Shown: piece by piece, positions 9,856 through 19,211 of the stretch | Position numbering within the stretch: position 1 is the stretch's first letter | Layout: every line of letters begins with the position of its first letter | IMG/VR virus record: IMGVR_UViG_3300005573_001500 | DNA length: 64,000 bases | Source: a virus | Direction: 5' to 3' (one strand) | The notes under the pieces: generated by a model | Databases searched by the model: none | What the model was told of the DNA's origin: nothing | Seen by the model: only the letters and a program-made list of their open reading frames with translations | Position numbers and translations under genes: made by a program

Positions 9856-10275
9856 CTAGTCTAGTACTCCTGGTTCTCCTTTAGCAACTTTAATACCATA
9901 ATTCATCAGTTCTTTGAAACCGTTACTCATATACTTACGGAACACTTTTTGAGCCACGAACATTCCCACCGCCCGTTTTTGTCCATACTTTCTTCTTAAG
10001 TGTTCAGCTAGTATTGCTATTTCACGTTTAGATAAATCACTTATTCTTTCTCCCGGTTTAAGTAGTCCGATAGCTATTGCTTCTCTAGTCATTAATCCTT
10101 TTCTAAGCTCTGGAATATATTTTGGACCTCTTCCAGGCGCACCTCTATCTTCTATTTCGTATGTTGTTGGTGGAACATAGTATCCTTTACGGTGTATAGT
10201 TTTCCCTTTTCTTTTATATGTAGTAGGTTTTACATGAAAACCTTTTCTATGAACAACTAATTTTCTTCTACCCAT
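9856..10275 (-). CDS. Highly basic protein with internal repeat (putative nucleoprotein)
   Basis: Lys/Arg-rich; HRKGFHVKPTTY and HRKGYYVPPTTY repeats; own TATA-like element upstream. Confidence 0.6.
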   Translation of the reverse strand: MGRRKLVVHRKGFHVKPTTYKRKGKTIHRKGYYVPPTTYEIEDRGAPGRGPKYIPELRKGLMTREAIAIGLLKPGERISDLSKREIAILAEHLRRKYGQKRAVGMFVAQKVFRKYMSNGFKELMNYGIKVAKGEPGVLD

Positions 10276-10331
10276 TTTCTATACACCTTGGGTTATACTC
10301 TTCTAATCACCCCATATTATATTTAGATAGA

Positions 10332-10345
10332 CTAAAAAAAGGGGA
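10332..10345 (-). terminator. Putative oligo-T terminator after 10449..11330
   Basis: CCCCTTTTTTT on minus strand downstream of the stop. Confidence 0.4.
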
Positions 10346-10448
10346 AACTGGATTGTTTGAGGCGCCCATAATTTTGGAGGCGTGTAGGTAAGGAGAAGAG
10401 AGTTTTTATTTAAAAACAGTTTATTATTTTTATTGTGTGCCTTTTCCA

Positions 10449-11330
10449 TTATGAGCGCCTCGCTAATAGCAAGTACACTGCTCCAATTACTGCTATTATT
10501 AGTAGAACTACACAGGCTAATAGTAGTACTGGTATTCTCTGGTCAAATATTGTTATTATCCAATTCCAAGGCTGTTCTGGAATGTTTCCTGATGGTGCAA
10601 ATTCTATTTTGTATTCTATGTCGCTTGAATGTGTTCCTTTGAGCCATACTATTCTGTTTTCAGCATCGTAATACCAACAGTTAGCGTATCTTCCAAATTC
10701 AGCATCAGTAGTACCTGAAACTCTGTATGCTGTAATGTCTTGTCCATTTACGAAAACTTTTTGAGGTGATTGTAAATCTGTTCCATGATATACTTTGATT
10801 ATGCTGACACTCCCAGAATTTGCAGTTGCTGTTATAACTAACTCTTTTGTCAACTCACCGTAAGATGCTGACTTAAACGAAACCCCTGTACTGTTTTGCA
10901 GATAAGCCCACAAGTTAATGTTACTTGTTAAAGCATATCTGGTTAAGTTCTGCTGTTGTAAAGTTAGTTTGTTAGATGCTCCGGCAGTGTTGTTTGTTGT
11001 GAAATCGAATCCTTTAGTTGTTTGTCCAGAACCGTTGTAGATTAGTGTTCCTTGCCAATAAAACGCCAAGTAATATCTTGTTCCATTACCTATCCCTGTA
11101 TTCCATTTGTAACCAGCTGTACTGTTCAAAGTTGCAGTTCCGTTAAGAACATTTCCAGTATATTTGTAAAGCTTAACTGTTGCACCGTTAAAGTATCTTG
11201 AACCACTAAAGTCTGCTATTGCATGGTTAAACTCTAAAGACGAATTGTAAACTGTGCCTGCAAATGCTGAACTAACTAGAATCATAGAAATTGCTAGAAA
11301 AAGAATCGTGGTTAAGAGTTTTTTCTTCAT
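10449..11330 (-). CDS. Secreted, C-terminally anchored putative glycoprotein (candidate major envelope protein)
   Basis: Signal peptide, 8 N-x-S/T sequons, WYYD...HSS Ig-like end, TM + RRS. Confidence 0.7.
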   Translation of the reverse strand: MKKKLLTTILFLAISMILVSSAFAGTVYNSSLEFNHAIADFSGSRYFNGATVKLYKYTGNVLNGTATLNSTAGYKWNTGIGNGTRYYLAFYWQGTLIYNGSGQTTKGFDFTTNNTAGASNKLTLQQQNLTRYALTSNINLWAYLQNSTGVSFKSASYGELTKELVITATANSGSVSIIKVYHGTDLQSPQKVFVNGQDITAYRVSGTTDAEFGRYANCWYYDAENRIVWLKGTHSSDIEYKIEFAPSGNIPEQPWNWIITIFDQRIPVLLLACVVLLIIAVIGAVYLLLARRS

Positions 11331-11355
11331 GTCGCTGTCCTCCTAGTTAGGAGGT

Positions 11356-12333
11356 TTAGTATTCAATGTCGAAGGTAAAGCTGCCTAACTCTATATATCC
11401 AGTTGGATGTACTCCGTAGGTTTTATAATAAGCTTCGTTTGTAAAGGCGTACAATGTTATTGTTACAACAGCACCGTCAGTGTCAGAGAATCCGCTTGCA
11501 TCAAATGATAATGTGAAACTGTATATTCCTTCACTAGCATAAGTTCCGTCTGGCTTTTTATCTCTCACAAGATTTGACGGGTTGATTTGGAATCCAAAGT
11601 ATCTGTCTGATGTTGATAGACTGTACAGTGATGGTATGTTAGAAACGATTAGTTTTTCACTCGCAGTGTGAGTAGAGTCTTCATAAACATGTACTACAAC
11701 TAAGATTTGTCTATCTAAAGTTTTAATAGGGTCGTATGTGTTCATTATTCCAGTGTCATCGTCTGGCGGTCCAAACATTACTGTAAATGATGGATAAGCA
11801 TTATTTTCAGTGCTAATATCGTATTTTGGTGGAGTTCCAGATAGAAGTGTTCCATCTGGTTTAAATACTTTGACTGGATAGGTAGTGTCAAGAGAGTAGA
11901 AGTCAAGCGTTATGTAGTGATTTGATGCTGATGGACTTGACTCGTCCGGAACTGTTATGTCATAATATTTGAACCATGTTATGCTTCCTGATGTTTTGCT
12001 TAGTTTGACCCAATATCTGTCTCCAGAAGTTAACGGATTAGTTGTCGTGTATGTGTTTGATACAGTCCCAGTTTCTAACAGCTCCGGTTTAGTAGTATAC
12101 TTGTAAATTTCAATAGTTACACCAGTCATCGTTGAACCTTTCCAGATGTCATTAACAGTGAAAACTGTTGGCAGTGTCAATTTATATCGTGTCGGTGTTG
12201 GAGTCGGCGTTACTATTTGCTGTGCTGGAGGCGTAGTCATATATATGAAGATGAAGGCAAAGACGGCTATTATAGCGATAGCAACGAGAATTAATCCTAT
12301 CAATATTGTTTTATCTTTTTTGGTCATACTCAA
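11356..12333 (-). CDS. Type II membrane protein (candidate major envelope protein)
   Basis: N-terminal TM, TPTPTPT linker; first gene of the surface operon, RBS GGAGGT, TATA TTATATAT about 12379-12386; shares GxTxxxYKYT...GxRY with 10449..11330. Confidence 0.7.
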   Translation of the reverse strand: MSMTKKDKTILIGLILVAIAIIAVFAFIFIYMTTPPAQQIVTPTPTPTRYKLTLPTVFTVNDIWKGSTMTGVTIEIYKYTTKPELLETGTVSNTYTTTNPLTSGDRYWVKLSKTSGSITWFKYYDITVPDESSPSASNHYITLDFYSLDTTYPVKVFKPDGTLLSGTPPKYDISTENNAYPSFTVMFGPPDDDTGIMNTYDPIKTLDRQILVVVHVYEDSTHTASEKLIVSNIPSLYSLSTSDRYFGFQINPSNLVRDKKPDGTYASEGIYSFTLSFDASGFSDTDGAVVTITLYAFTNEAYYKTYGVHPTGYIELGSFTFDIEY

Positions 12334-12396
12334 TACCTCCTAAAGTTGTTCAACGTAATATATAGAGAACAACAAAACATATATAAGACTTATCAT

Positions 12397-12486
12397 CACA
12401 AAAAATTTTGACATTCTCACAAAATATTTTATACATCCCCACAAAATTCTTTGTAGTAAGATTCACGAAACACAAAAAATTTTGTG
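12397..12486. repeat. Four helically phased CACAAAA-NN-TTTTGTG-like palindromes
   Basis: Copies at 12397 (cacaaaaaattttgac), 12418 (cacaaaatattttata), 12440 (cacaaaattctttgta), 12471 (cacaaaaaattttgtg, perfect); spacing 21, 22, 31 bp. Confidence 0.8.
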
Positions 12487-12489
12487 ACA

Positions 12490-12505
12490 GAAAACTTTAT
12501 AAAGC
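12490..12505 (+). promoter_or_regulatory. BRE+TATA element with no ORF directly downstream
   Basis: GAAAACTTTATAAAGC, an exact 16-nt match to the minus-strand promoter at 32307..32322. Confidence 0.55.
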
Positions 12506-12726
12506 TCTAATCCTTCAATGGTCTAAGACTGAGTTTTAGCAGTAATTTCTCAGAATTTTACTTTTTTAAGTTTTCTGTTCTTGAAGTTGTTTTATGCTCT
12601 TTCCACAATCAAAAGTTTACATAAAAACATCGTTTATAACTTGTTCTTGAAGAATTTATTTTCTGATTCTTCTTTTTCATCGAAGAACTTATATATGACT
12701 TGTTATTACCTATAATGTGATGTTAT

Positions 12727-12879
12727 ATGTCGGAAGAGAAGGAACGTAAAAGTGCAATATGGTTACCTGTTTCTTTAATTGAGAAGCTCAAACAGGAAGG
12801 TAGAAAAGGGGAAACGTATGCTGACATTATTAGAAGACTTCTTGAAAAGCGTGGTCGTAAGCCTAAATCTGTGTCTTGA
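12727..12879 (+). CDS. Ribbon-helix-helix (CopG/antitoxin-like) DNA-binding protein, 50 aa; not in ORF track
   Basis: MSEEKERKSAIWLPVSLIEKLKQEGRKGETYADIIRRLLEKRGRKPKSVS; ETYxDIIRRLL RHH signature; TTATATAT at 12689-12696 implies a leaderless mRNA. Confidence 0.85.
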   Translation: MSEEKERKSAIWLPVSLIEKLKQEGRKGETYADIIRRLLEKRGRKPKSVS

Positions 12880-13321
12880 TTACTACTTTTCTTTCGTATC
12901 TTATTAGTACTATTAGTGATGCGAACATGCATACGCTTGTTATGATTAGCGGCATATATTGTTGTGTTATTATGAACCAGAAGATGCTGAAACCAAATGT
13001 TGAAAATAGTAGTGTGAATAGTGCTATTAAGTCTTTGAATGAGACTACTTTAGCTAATGTAATGTTACGTCTTTTTATTAAATGTATGACTTCTTTTCCG
13101 TTTTCGTATTCTATTTTGATGTTTCCTTTTTCTATTAACTGTTTCAAATGATGTTGCAATATTGCAGTTCTAGCACTACCTTTATTGCTGAACTCTTCAG
13201 ATAAAACATCTACGGCTTCTTCTATAAAATCATCTTTAGAAACTTTACCAGTCTTCTTACACATATCTTCCAGCAAAGCACACAACAAAGTTTTAGTAGA
13301 ATAAAGTTTATCCTTTTTCAT
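12863..13321 (-). CDS. Winged-helix-like domain plus two C-terminal TM helices
   Basis: HLKQLIEKGNIKIEY...VIHL wing pattern; hydrophobic C-terminus. Confidence 0.5.
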   Translation of the reverse strand: MKKDKLYSTKTLLCALLEDMCKKTGKVSKDDFIEEAVDVLSEEFSNKGSARTAILQHHLKQLIEKGNIKIEYENGKEVIHLIKRRNITLAKVVSFKDLIALFTLLFSTFGFSIFWFIITQQYMPLIITSVCMFASLIVLIRYERKVVIKTQI

Positions 13322-13743
13322 TTACTTTTCACTTCTCTCTTCATAAACGGAAGTGCAGATTTAAGAAGTCTTAGAAAAGCCGGGTGAGAACATTTTACTT
13401 CTTCAAACTTTATTCCTGTAGCGTCAAATCTAACGTGACATCCTGCTCTATACTTTACTTCTTTAGGATTGTAAACTCCAAAACGTTTACCTCTTCCATG
13501 AAGCGATAAGTAGTAGTGACCGTAAGGTGTTCCGTCTATTTGTTTTCCTTTTCTTAACATTACATGGTAAACTTCAAAGAAATTGTCTGGAATCTTCTCA
13601 AATTTATGAATACAAACAAAACGGTAAGGATACATGTGAGGATGTCTTTTTATTGCAGACGCTATATGTTCTGGTCTTTGAGGAATTATTTTGATTACCA
13701 TTAAACAGTATTGTGTACGTTCAACTTCCTCTTTAACACTCAT
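13318..13743 (-). CDS. Hypothetical protein (His-rich)
   Basis: 141 aa ORF with upstream TATA; stop overlaps next start. Confidence 0.65.
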   Translation of the reverse strand: MSVKEEVERTQYCLMVIKIIPQRPEHIASAIKRHPHMYPYRFVCIHKFEKIPDNFFEVYHVMLRKGKQIDGTPYGHYYLSLHGRGKRFGVYNPKEVKYRAGCHVRFDATGIKFEEVKCSHPAFLRLLKSALPFMKREVKSK

Positions 13744-13917
13744 TTCTTCTCACATGGAAAATATTTAAATTAAAGTTAATTAACAAATGTTAAGTTACGT
13801 TTTCATTTTTTAACTGTATTTCAACTTTTGCTATTCTTACCTTTAATTCCCACACGTGTGCGTATGTGCTTTCATTTTTCCTTTTTTGATTCTCAATATT
13901 ATAATTATATTATTTTC

Positions 13918-16900
13918 TTATTGTTGAACAAGATTTTTAACTTCTTCTCTCCAAGGAAGTTCAGGCAAATAAGGATAAATATTGTTTGCACAATATTTGT
14001 AAATGTTATTGCAGTATTCTTCTCCAAGTTGTTTTCTTATCTGTTCAATTACAACATCTACGACCCAGAATATCATTGTTTTATGTATTCTTTCTATTGC
14101 AAAAGCTTTATTGAAATACGTGTCTAAATATAATGATTGTACTTTATAGAAAAGTGAAGCACAATTTTGATGTTTTAAGGAAAGCTTTGAAGCTACGTCT
14201 GAAACAATAACTATTTTTCCTGATTTTATATATTCTTGAACTTTTTCATTCTTATTTTTTGTAGTTGTATGAATAAATCCGAATGGTGGTTTAAGAGCTA
14301 ATAAAAGCATTTTCAGTATTTTTGTTAAATCGTTCACTTTTTCTTCTGGTTTAACAAGTTCATTTATTGATGGCAATCCATAGTTAGCTATTAACTGTTC
14401 ATATTTGCTTCTCGGTATCACTATTTGGTCTTCGCTTACTGGTTTCGTTTCAACCAGCTTCTGCAAAGTTTCTTTTTCTATTAGAACTTTATCACCACTT
14501 GCAACAGATTGAGCTACTACTGCAACTTCTTTTGGAACAACAGTATGACCTGGTGGTATAGCCTCTGAAGAAATTTTCTCTATTTCTTCTTTATTTAATA
14601 CTACTTGGTTATCTGATACTGGAACTAATGTTTTTCCTTCTTCTAACACTTTTACTAGTCCTTGCCCAATTTCTATTTCTAATGCTTTTTTCAATGAAGT
14701 TTTGCGTTCTTCTTCTATTTTCTTGATAAGTTCTTTAGTTTCAACAGTTTCTTGAGGATATAGTTTACGATACAAGTCAAACACATCAATATTAGGACGT
14801 TCAATAGCACATGGCGGCAAAGCACTTAACAGTATTTTTATCTGGTCAGCCTCTGTACCATATTTCATTATAACCATGTGCTGTTCCATAAAGAAACGGC
14901 TTTTAACTAGCATTTTCAAGTTTGTTTGCATTTCCTCATTAGGTATATCACTAAAAGCGTAGTCTATATCTTTGTCATTTGTAGTGTGAAACACCATTAA
15001 TGCTCCTTGCTGTGATGGAAACTGTGTTTTCAACTGTCCAGGCATTTGAGTTAACGCTATAACGTATATTCCCAATCCTCTGAATTGTAATACTAAGTCT
15101 GAAACGTCTACTGCTGAACCGTATTTTTCAGATGAGAATAAACCTCCAACCATTTGCTGTGAAGGAACAACTGTTTGAGCTTCATTTAAGAAGAATGTTA
15201 GTTTAGTTGACGGGTTTTTTGATTTGTAGTCTATCCAACTATATATCCACCATTTGTTTATTAGATATGCTGTGTATTCGTCTAAGTGCCCCATATACAT
15301 TTGAATGAAAAGAGGATGTTCTGCTAACTCGTCAAAGTCTATTACTGTGCTTACTCTACTGCTACTTATAAGTTCTGAAGATAAAGATAGAGATGAAAGC
15401 GTTTTCTTAATAAGCGATAGTTCAAACTCGTATTTTCTTTCAAACTCCATATCGCCTATTTTTTCTCTTACCCATAAATAGTTTTGTTTTTTCTCTATTA
15501 ACCTTTTAAGATAATAACGTAGATTGTTTAAGTCCCAATCATCTGTAGCAACATTTTTAATAATCAAATCAACAAACTCAACAACGTCTTTGTCTGGAGG
15601 TTTATTGAACAGTAATGGATACGCATGTGGCTTTCCAGCTAGTGATTTAAGCGGTATAGTGAAGAACCTAGCACATGCTGGTAAATGTTTAGGAAGTAAG
15701 TTTTTGTTCATATATGGTATCAGTATGATAGAGTTTATTTTTTCTGGAACACATTTTTGAACGTTTGTTAGCTTATGAAACTCCTTTTTGTAGTATTTTT
15801 CGTTTAGAGGCATTATGACATAAATCATTTCTTGTGCTCTTTTAACGTTTAAGCTTATATCAACAACTGTATAGTTATTGTTCACAAACATTCTAATGAG
15901 ATTAATACCCATCACAGTTTTACCCGAACCTGTCTTGCCAATTCCAAGTAGGATTGCTGTATTTTCTAAATTTCTTGGTGTTAAAGTGTAAGGTTTTATT
16001 TCAAGTTCTAATTCTCTGAGTCTTTCTCCGAACTTCATCTGTTCTAATATGCCAACTAACAAGTCATAGTTTATTTCGAAACCGATAAGATTCTTCCTTT
16101 CATATTCAGTTAATTCTTGTTCTCCTGAAATTCTATATGTTATCAGTTCTTCCTCTTCTTCTCCTTCTTCTGATTCTTTTCTACGTTTTTCAAGCATTTC
16201 TCTTATAGCATTAGTTTTATCATAAGCTTCAACTGATATTCTTTCTAGTTGATTCATTAGAGTTAGATAAAGCTCTCTCAACTGTGGAGCTGTGATTGTT
16301 TTAAGAAGATATTTGACGAACTTGTATTGTTCCATCTTTTTAATCAGACTTGCGTTTAAAGCTAAAAGTTCTTTTATTTCTTGCTGGTTAATAAGTATTT
16401 TAGAAGCAGTTTGCAGTAAAGAGAAAACGTATGCTTCACAGTTGTTTATTCTTTTCTCAAACTCTGAATCTGTGTAAAACCCTCTTGCGAATTCGTCTAA
16501 AACGCTACTCCAAACTTTTAACACTCTTCTGAAACATATGTTCGTAGGTTCTATTTTCCTTGTTGTTTTCGGAGGCTTTATTTCAGATGTTATTTCATAT
16601 TCTACTGGCATCAAAGATGATTCTTTCTCTGCAGATAAAGCTTCTAGCAAAGTGTAAACTTCTGACATGTCTATTAAGTCGTTAGCGTAAATGCTTATCC
16701 AAATTTCACTTATAATGTCGTATAATAGTTCTCTTAGTTTCATGTTGATTTTGTTAATAGTGTACTGAATCCTATATTCTTGTTTTAGATAGGAATACTG
16801 TTCTATTTCCCCGTCTATTTGTTCATTAAAACTTATGTGCTTGAAATAGTTGTTTATATATTTGTTAGCTTCATACACTAAAGCTTCTGCATATTGGAAC

Positions 16901-17145
16901 ATTTGAGTTTCTAAAAGTTTCTTTCTAACATTTGTCCAGTATTCCCACTCGTCTATGAGACTTAAAAGTTTAGGATTTTCCATTTTTATTTGTCTGAAGA
17001 AGTTTTTAGCATAAAAACCGAAATAAATAACATTGTCTATTGGCAGTTCTCCTTTTCTAAGCATTAAAAGTATTTGTTCAAACTGTGAAGCTAAATAAGT
17101 TAGTTTAAACCTTCTAAAACGATATGTAGGAACTTCCAAAGACAA
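13918..17145 (-). CDS. Large FtsK/HerA/VirB4-superfamily ATPase
   Basis: Walker A GKTGSGKT, Walker B FFLNEAQ, FRGLGIYVIALTQMPGQL (R..G...TQ.P) signature; helical N-terminal half; short C-terminal repeats. Confidence 0.85.
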   Translation of the reverse strand: MSLEVPTYRFRRFKLTYLASQFEQILLMLRKGELPIDNVIYFGFYAKNFFRQIKMENPKLLSLIDEWEYWTNVRKKLLETQMFQYAEALVYEANKYINNYFKHISFNEQIDGEIEQYSYLKQEYRIQYTINKINMKLRELLYDIISEIWISIYANDLIDMSEVYTLLEALSAEKESSLMPVEYEITSEIKPPKTTRKIEPTNICFRRVLKVWSSVLDEFARGFYTDSEFEKRINNCEAYVFSLLQTASKILINQQEIKELLALNASLIKKMEQYKFVKYLLKTITAPQLRELYLTLMNQLERISVEAYDKTNAIREMLEKRRKESEEGEEEEELITYRISGEQELTEYERKNLIGFEINYDLLVGILEQMKFGERLRELELEIKPYTLTPRNLENTAILLGIGKTGSGKTVMGINLIRMFVNNNYTVVDISLNVKRAQEMIYVIMPLNEKYYKKEFHKLTNVQKCVPEKINSIILIPYMNKNLLPKHLPACARFFTIPLKSLAGKPHAYPLLFNKPPDKDVVEFVDLIIKNVATDDWDLNNLRYYLKRLIEKKQNYLWVREKIGDMEFERKYEFELSLIKKTLSSLSLSSELISSSRVSTVIDFDELAEHPLFIQMYMGHLDEYTAYLINKWWIYSWIDYKSKNPSTKLTFFLNEAQTVVPSQQMVGGLFSSEKYGSAVDVSDLVLQFRGLGIYVIALTQMPGQLKTQFPSQQGALMVFHTTNDKDIDYAFSDIPNEEMQTNLKMLVKSRFFMEQHMVIMKYGTEADQIKILLSALPPCAIERPNIDVFDLYRKLYPQETVETKELIKKIEEERKTSLKKALEIEIGQGLVKVLEEGKTLVPVSDNQVVLNKEEIEKISSEAIPPGHTVVPKEVAVVAQSVASGDKVLIEKETLQKLVETKPVSEDQIVIPRSKYEQLIANYGLPSINELVKPEEKVNDLTKILKMLLLALKPPFGFIHTTTKNKNEKVQEYIKSGKIVIVSDVASKLSLKHQNCASLFYKVQSLYLDTYFNKAFAIERIHKTMIFWVVDVVIEQIRKQLGEEYCNNIYKYCANNIYPYLPELPWREEVKNLVQQ

Positions 17146-17157
17146 ATTTGTTCACCT

Positions 17158-17328
17158 CTATTTTGTTCCGTTTAAGCCTAATATTTCTCCATAAAGTTCT
17201 TTTTCTATCTGAACAAGTATTCTAGCTATTTCACGAAGTTTCTGTTTAAACTCAAAACCTTTGTAGTTAAGTCTAGGGTCATGCTCAATCATATTTATAA
17301 TTTTTCTAAGTTCATGGAAGGATTTCAT
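17158..17328 (-). CDS. Small helical protein, 56 aa; not in ORF track
   Basis: MKSFHELRKIINMIEHDPRLNY...; fills the gap between coupled genes. Confidence 0.65.
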   Translation of the reverse strand: MKSFHELRKIINMIEHDPRLNYKGFEFKQKLREIARILVQIEKELYGEILGLNGTK

Positions 17329-17337
17329 TTCTATCAA

Positions 17338-17934
17338 CTATTCTGTTTTTGGAGGCGGTTTAGGCAATCTAAGTGAAGAGTCTGCTTGTGCCATTCCTTG
17401 TACTCTTAGTCTTGAAAGTTCTCCTTTTTTGAGTTCGGACGCTCCAGAAATGAATGTTTCTAAGAAAGCTATTATTGATTCTACATTACTTATTATTTTT
17501 AAGAGTAGAAGTTCAAGGTTCCACTGTGTTCCTTCAATTGGACTGGATATTTTCAAGTAACAATATTCTTCACTGGCTAAAAATCTAGGTGTTTCAGCTT
17601 TTAATGTTTGATAAACGTCTAATGTAATGTCTATTAGTTGTTTGTTTTGCCAACTTATCTCTATAATCTTATTGTATATTGTTTCAGGATTCACTTTCAT
17701 TTCTGTACTATAAACCGATTCAGGATGTAAACTTAATATTAGTCCATGTGCTTGTTGCATAGAACATAAAGCCTTTAAAAGTTCAGCGCCTTCTTCATCA
17801 CACAAAAGTTTATAAGCTAACCTTCTACCTATTCTTCCACGAAGATTATAAGCATACTTTTCAATAACAGCCTTCTGTGTTTTCATTTCATCCATAATAT
17901 ACGTTAGTTTATCTATCTGCTCTTGCATTATCAT
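17338..17934 (-). CDS. Hypothetical helical protein
   Basis: 198 aa, ATGA-coupled to upstream gene. Confidence 0.7.
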   Translation of the reverse strand: MIMQEQIDKLTYIMDEMKTQKAVIEKYAYNLRGRIGRRLAYKLLCDEEGAELLKALCSMQQAHGLILSLHPESVYSTEMKVNPETIYNKIIEISWQNKQLIDITLDVYQTLKAETPRFLASEEYCYLKISSPIEGTQWNLELLLLKIISNVESIIAFLETFISGASELKKGELSRLRVQGMAQADSSLRLPKPPPKTE

Positions 17935-19211
17935 TCACTTTCAGTTTTCTCTTTTTCTTCCTTCTTTTCTCCAGTTGTAGGAATAGTTGTTGGAGGTTTA
18001 GGTTTTTCTCCATATATTAAAGATGTTAGAAACTCTTTAGCCTTTTCAACTTTAGACTTCTTTTCTTCTATAACTGGCAAAAACGATTCAAGTTCTTTCT
18101 TTAAAGATTCTGGTGCTCCAGGCATTTTAGATATTACTCCAGCGGCTCTAGCTACTAGTGAATAAGCAGTCATTATATCGCTACTCACACTTGAAATTGT
18201 TGCTGTAGCTTGGTCTAATCCTTGCCTATAAATGTCTGATAATTCTTTATATCTGTCTCTTTCTGCTTGAACAATATGCAAATAAGCTAACGAAGGCAGA
18301 GCTTCTAAAACTTTTTCAGTATACAAACCTAAAGCACTAGCTATTAAACTGTACTTTTTAATGTTAAGGAATTTCTCTTGTCTATACTTTTCGTCTTGAA
18401 GAGGCATACACATTAAAACCTTCAGTTCTCTTTTTCCAATATACTGATATAAGTCTTTACCGCCCACAGTTACTTCTTTACCCCACATTTCAACTACTGG
18501 AAAACCGCTAATCCAAGGGAGAACATTCCAAGCTTTGAACCTCATTTTAGTTCTTTTAGTAGCATATTCAATTGGAGGAGCAAAGGCGAACCAGTAAATG
18601 TAAACTCCTTGTGTTAAAGAAGCTATTTGATAAACTTTTGGAGGGTTTGTTAATCCAAAATGTATTGCTAGTAGTAGTCTTGCTAGTTCTGCAACGTTTA
18701 TTTTTTCAGATGTTGATAATTTGTTGTACTGTTCAATTAATTGTGGATTACCAGTCTTTTTTACTAGAGTATCAAGAGATGTTTCAGGATTAGAAGTTGG
18801 GTTTGGTATTAGTTGTTTGAGGAATTCGTCTACAAGTTTGTAATATTCTTCTAGAAAGTCAAGTGTTATTTCGTTATTGTGAGGTTCAAATTTTCCTGTT
18901 TCTACGTTATATCTTTTTATTCTTAATTTTCTTTCTGTAACCATGTCTTTAGGAAGTTCATCTAGAACCCAATCTTTAGCTTTGAAACTAGCTAACATTC
19001 CAGCTTCATCATATATTTCACACGCAAACGGTGGAAGCTTGTAAACACCAAACTTTTTAGAGAACTTGAAATATCTAATTATGAACAGTGCTGGATAAGT
19101 TACTATTAGAGATGCTAAGATTATACCCCAAAGTGCTCCTGTAACTCCGAAACCTATTAACGAAGCAAAGAACCAGAAAACAGCAAGTACTGTTATTTCG
19201 TCTCTTTCCAT
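17931..19211 (-). CDS. Membrane protein (two N-terminal TM, large soluble domain)
   Basis: Hydrophobic N-terminus; coiled-coil and charged C-terminus. Confidence 0.7.
   Translation of the reverse strand: MERDEITVLAVFWFFASLIGFGVTGALWGIILASLIVTYPALFIIRYFKFSKKFGVYKLPPFACEIYDEAGMLASFKAKDWVLDELPKDMVTERKLRIKRYNVETGKFEPHNNEITLDFLEEYYKLVDEFLKQLIPNPTSNPETSLDTLVKKTGNPQLIEQYNKLSTSEKINVAELARLLLAIHFGLTNPPKVYQIASLTQGVYIYWFAFAPPIEYATKRTKMRFKAWNVLPWISGFPVVEMWGKEVTVGGKDLYQYIGKRELKVLMCMPLQDEKYRQEKFLNIKKYSLIASALGLYTEKVLEALPSLAYLHIVQAERDRYKELSDIYRQGLDQATATISSVSSDIMTAYSLVARAAGVISKMPGAPESLKKELESFLPVIEEKKSKVEKAKEFLTSLIYGEKPKPPTTIPTTGEKKEEKEKTESE

Noticed and set aside
13744-13917. Possible micro-ORF after the ATPase
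   Set aside because: The protein-like frame has no start codon after the preceding stop.
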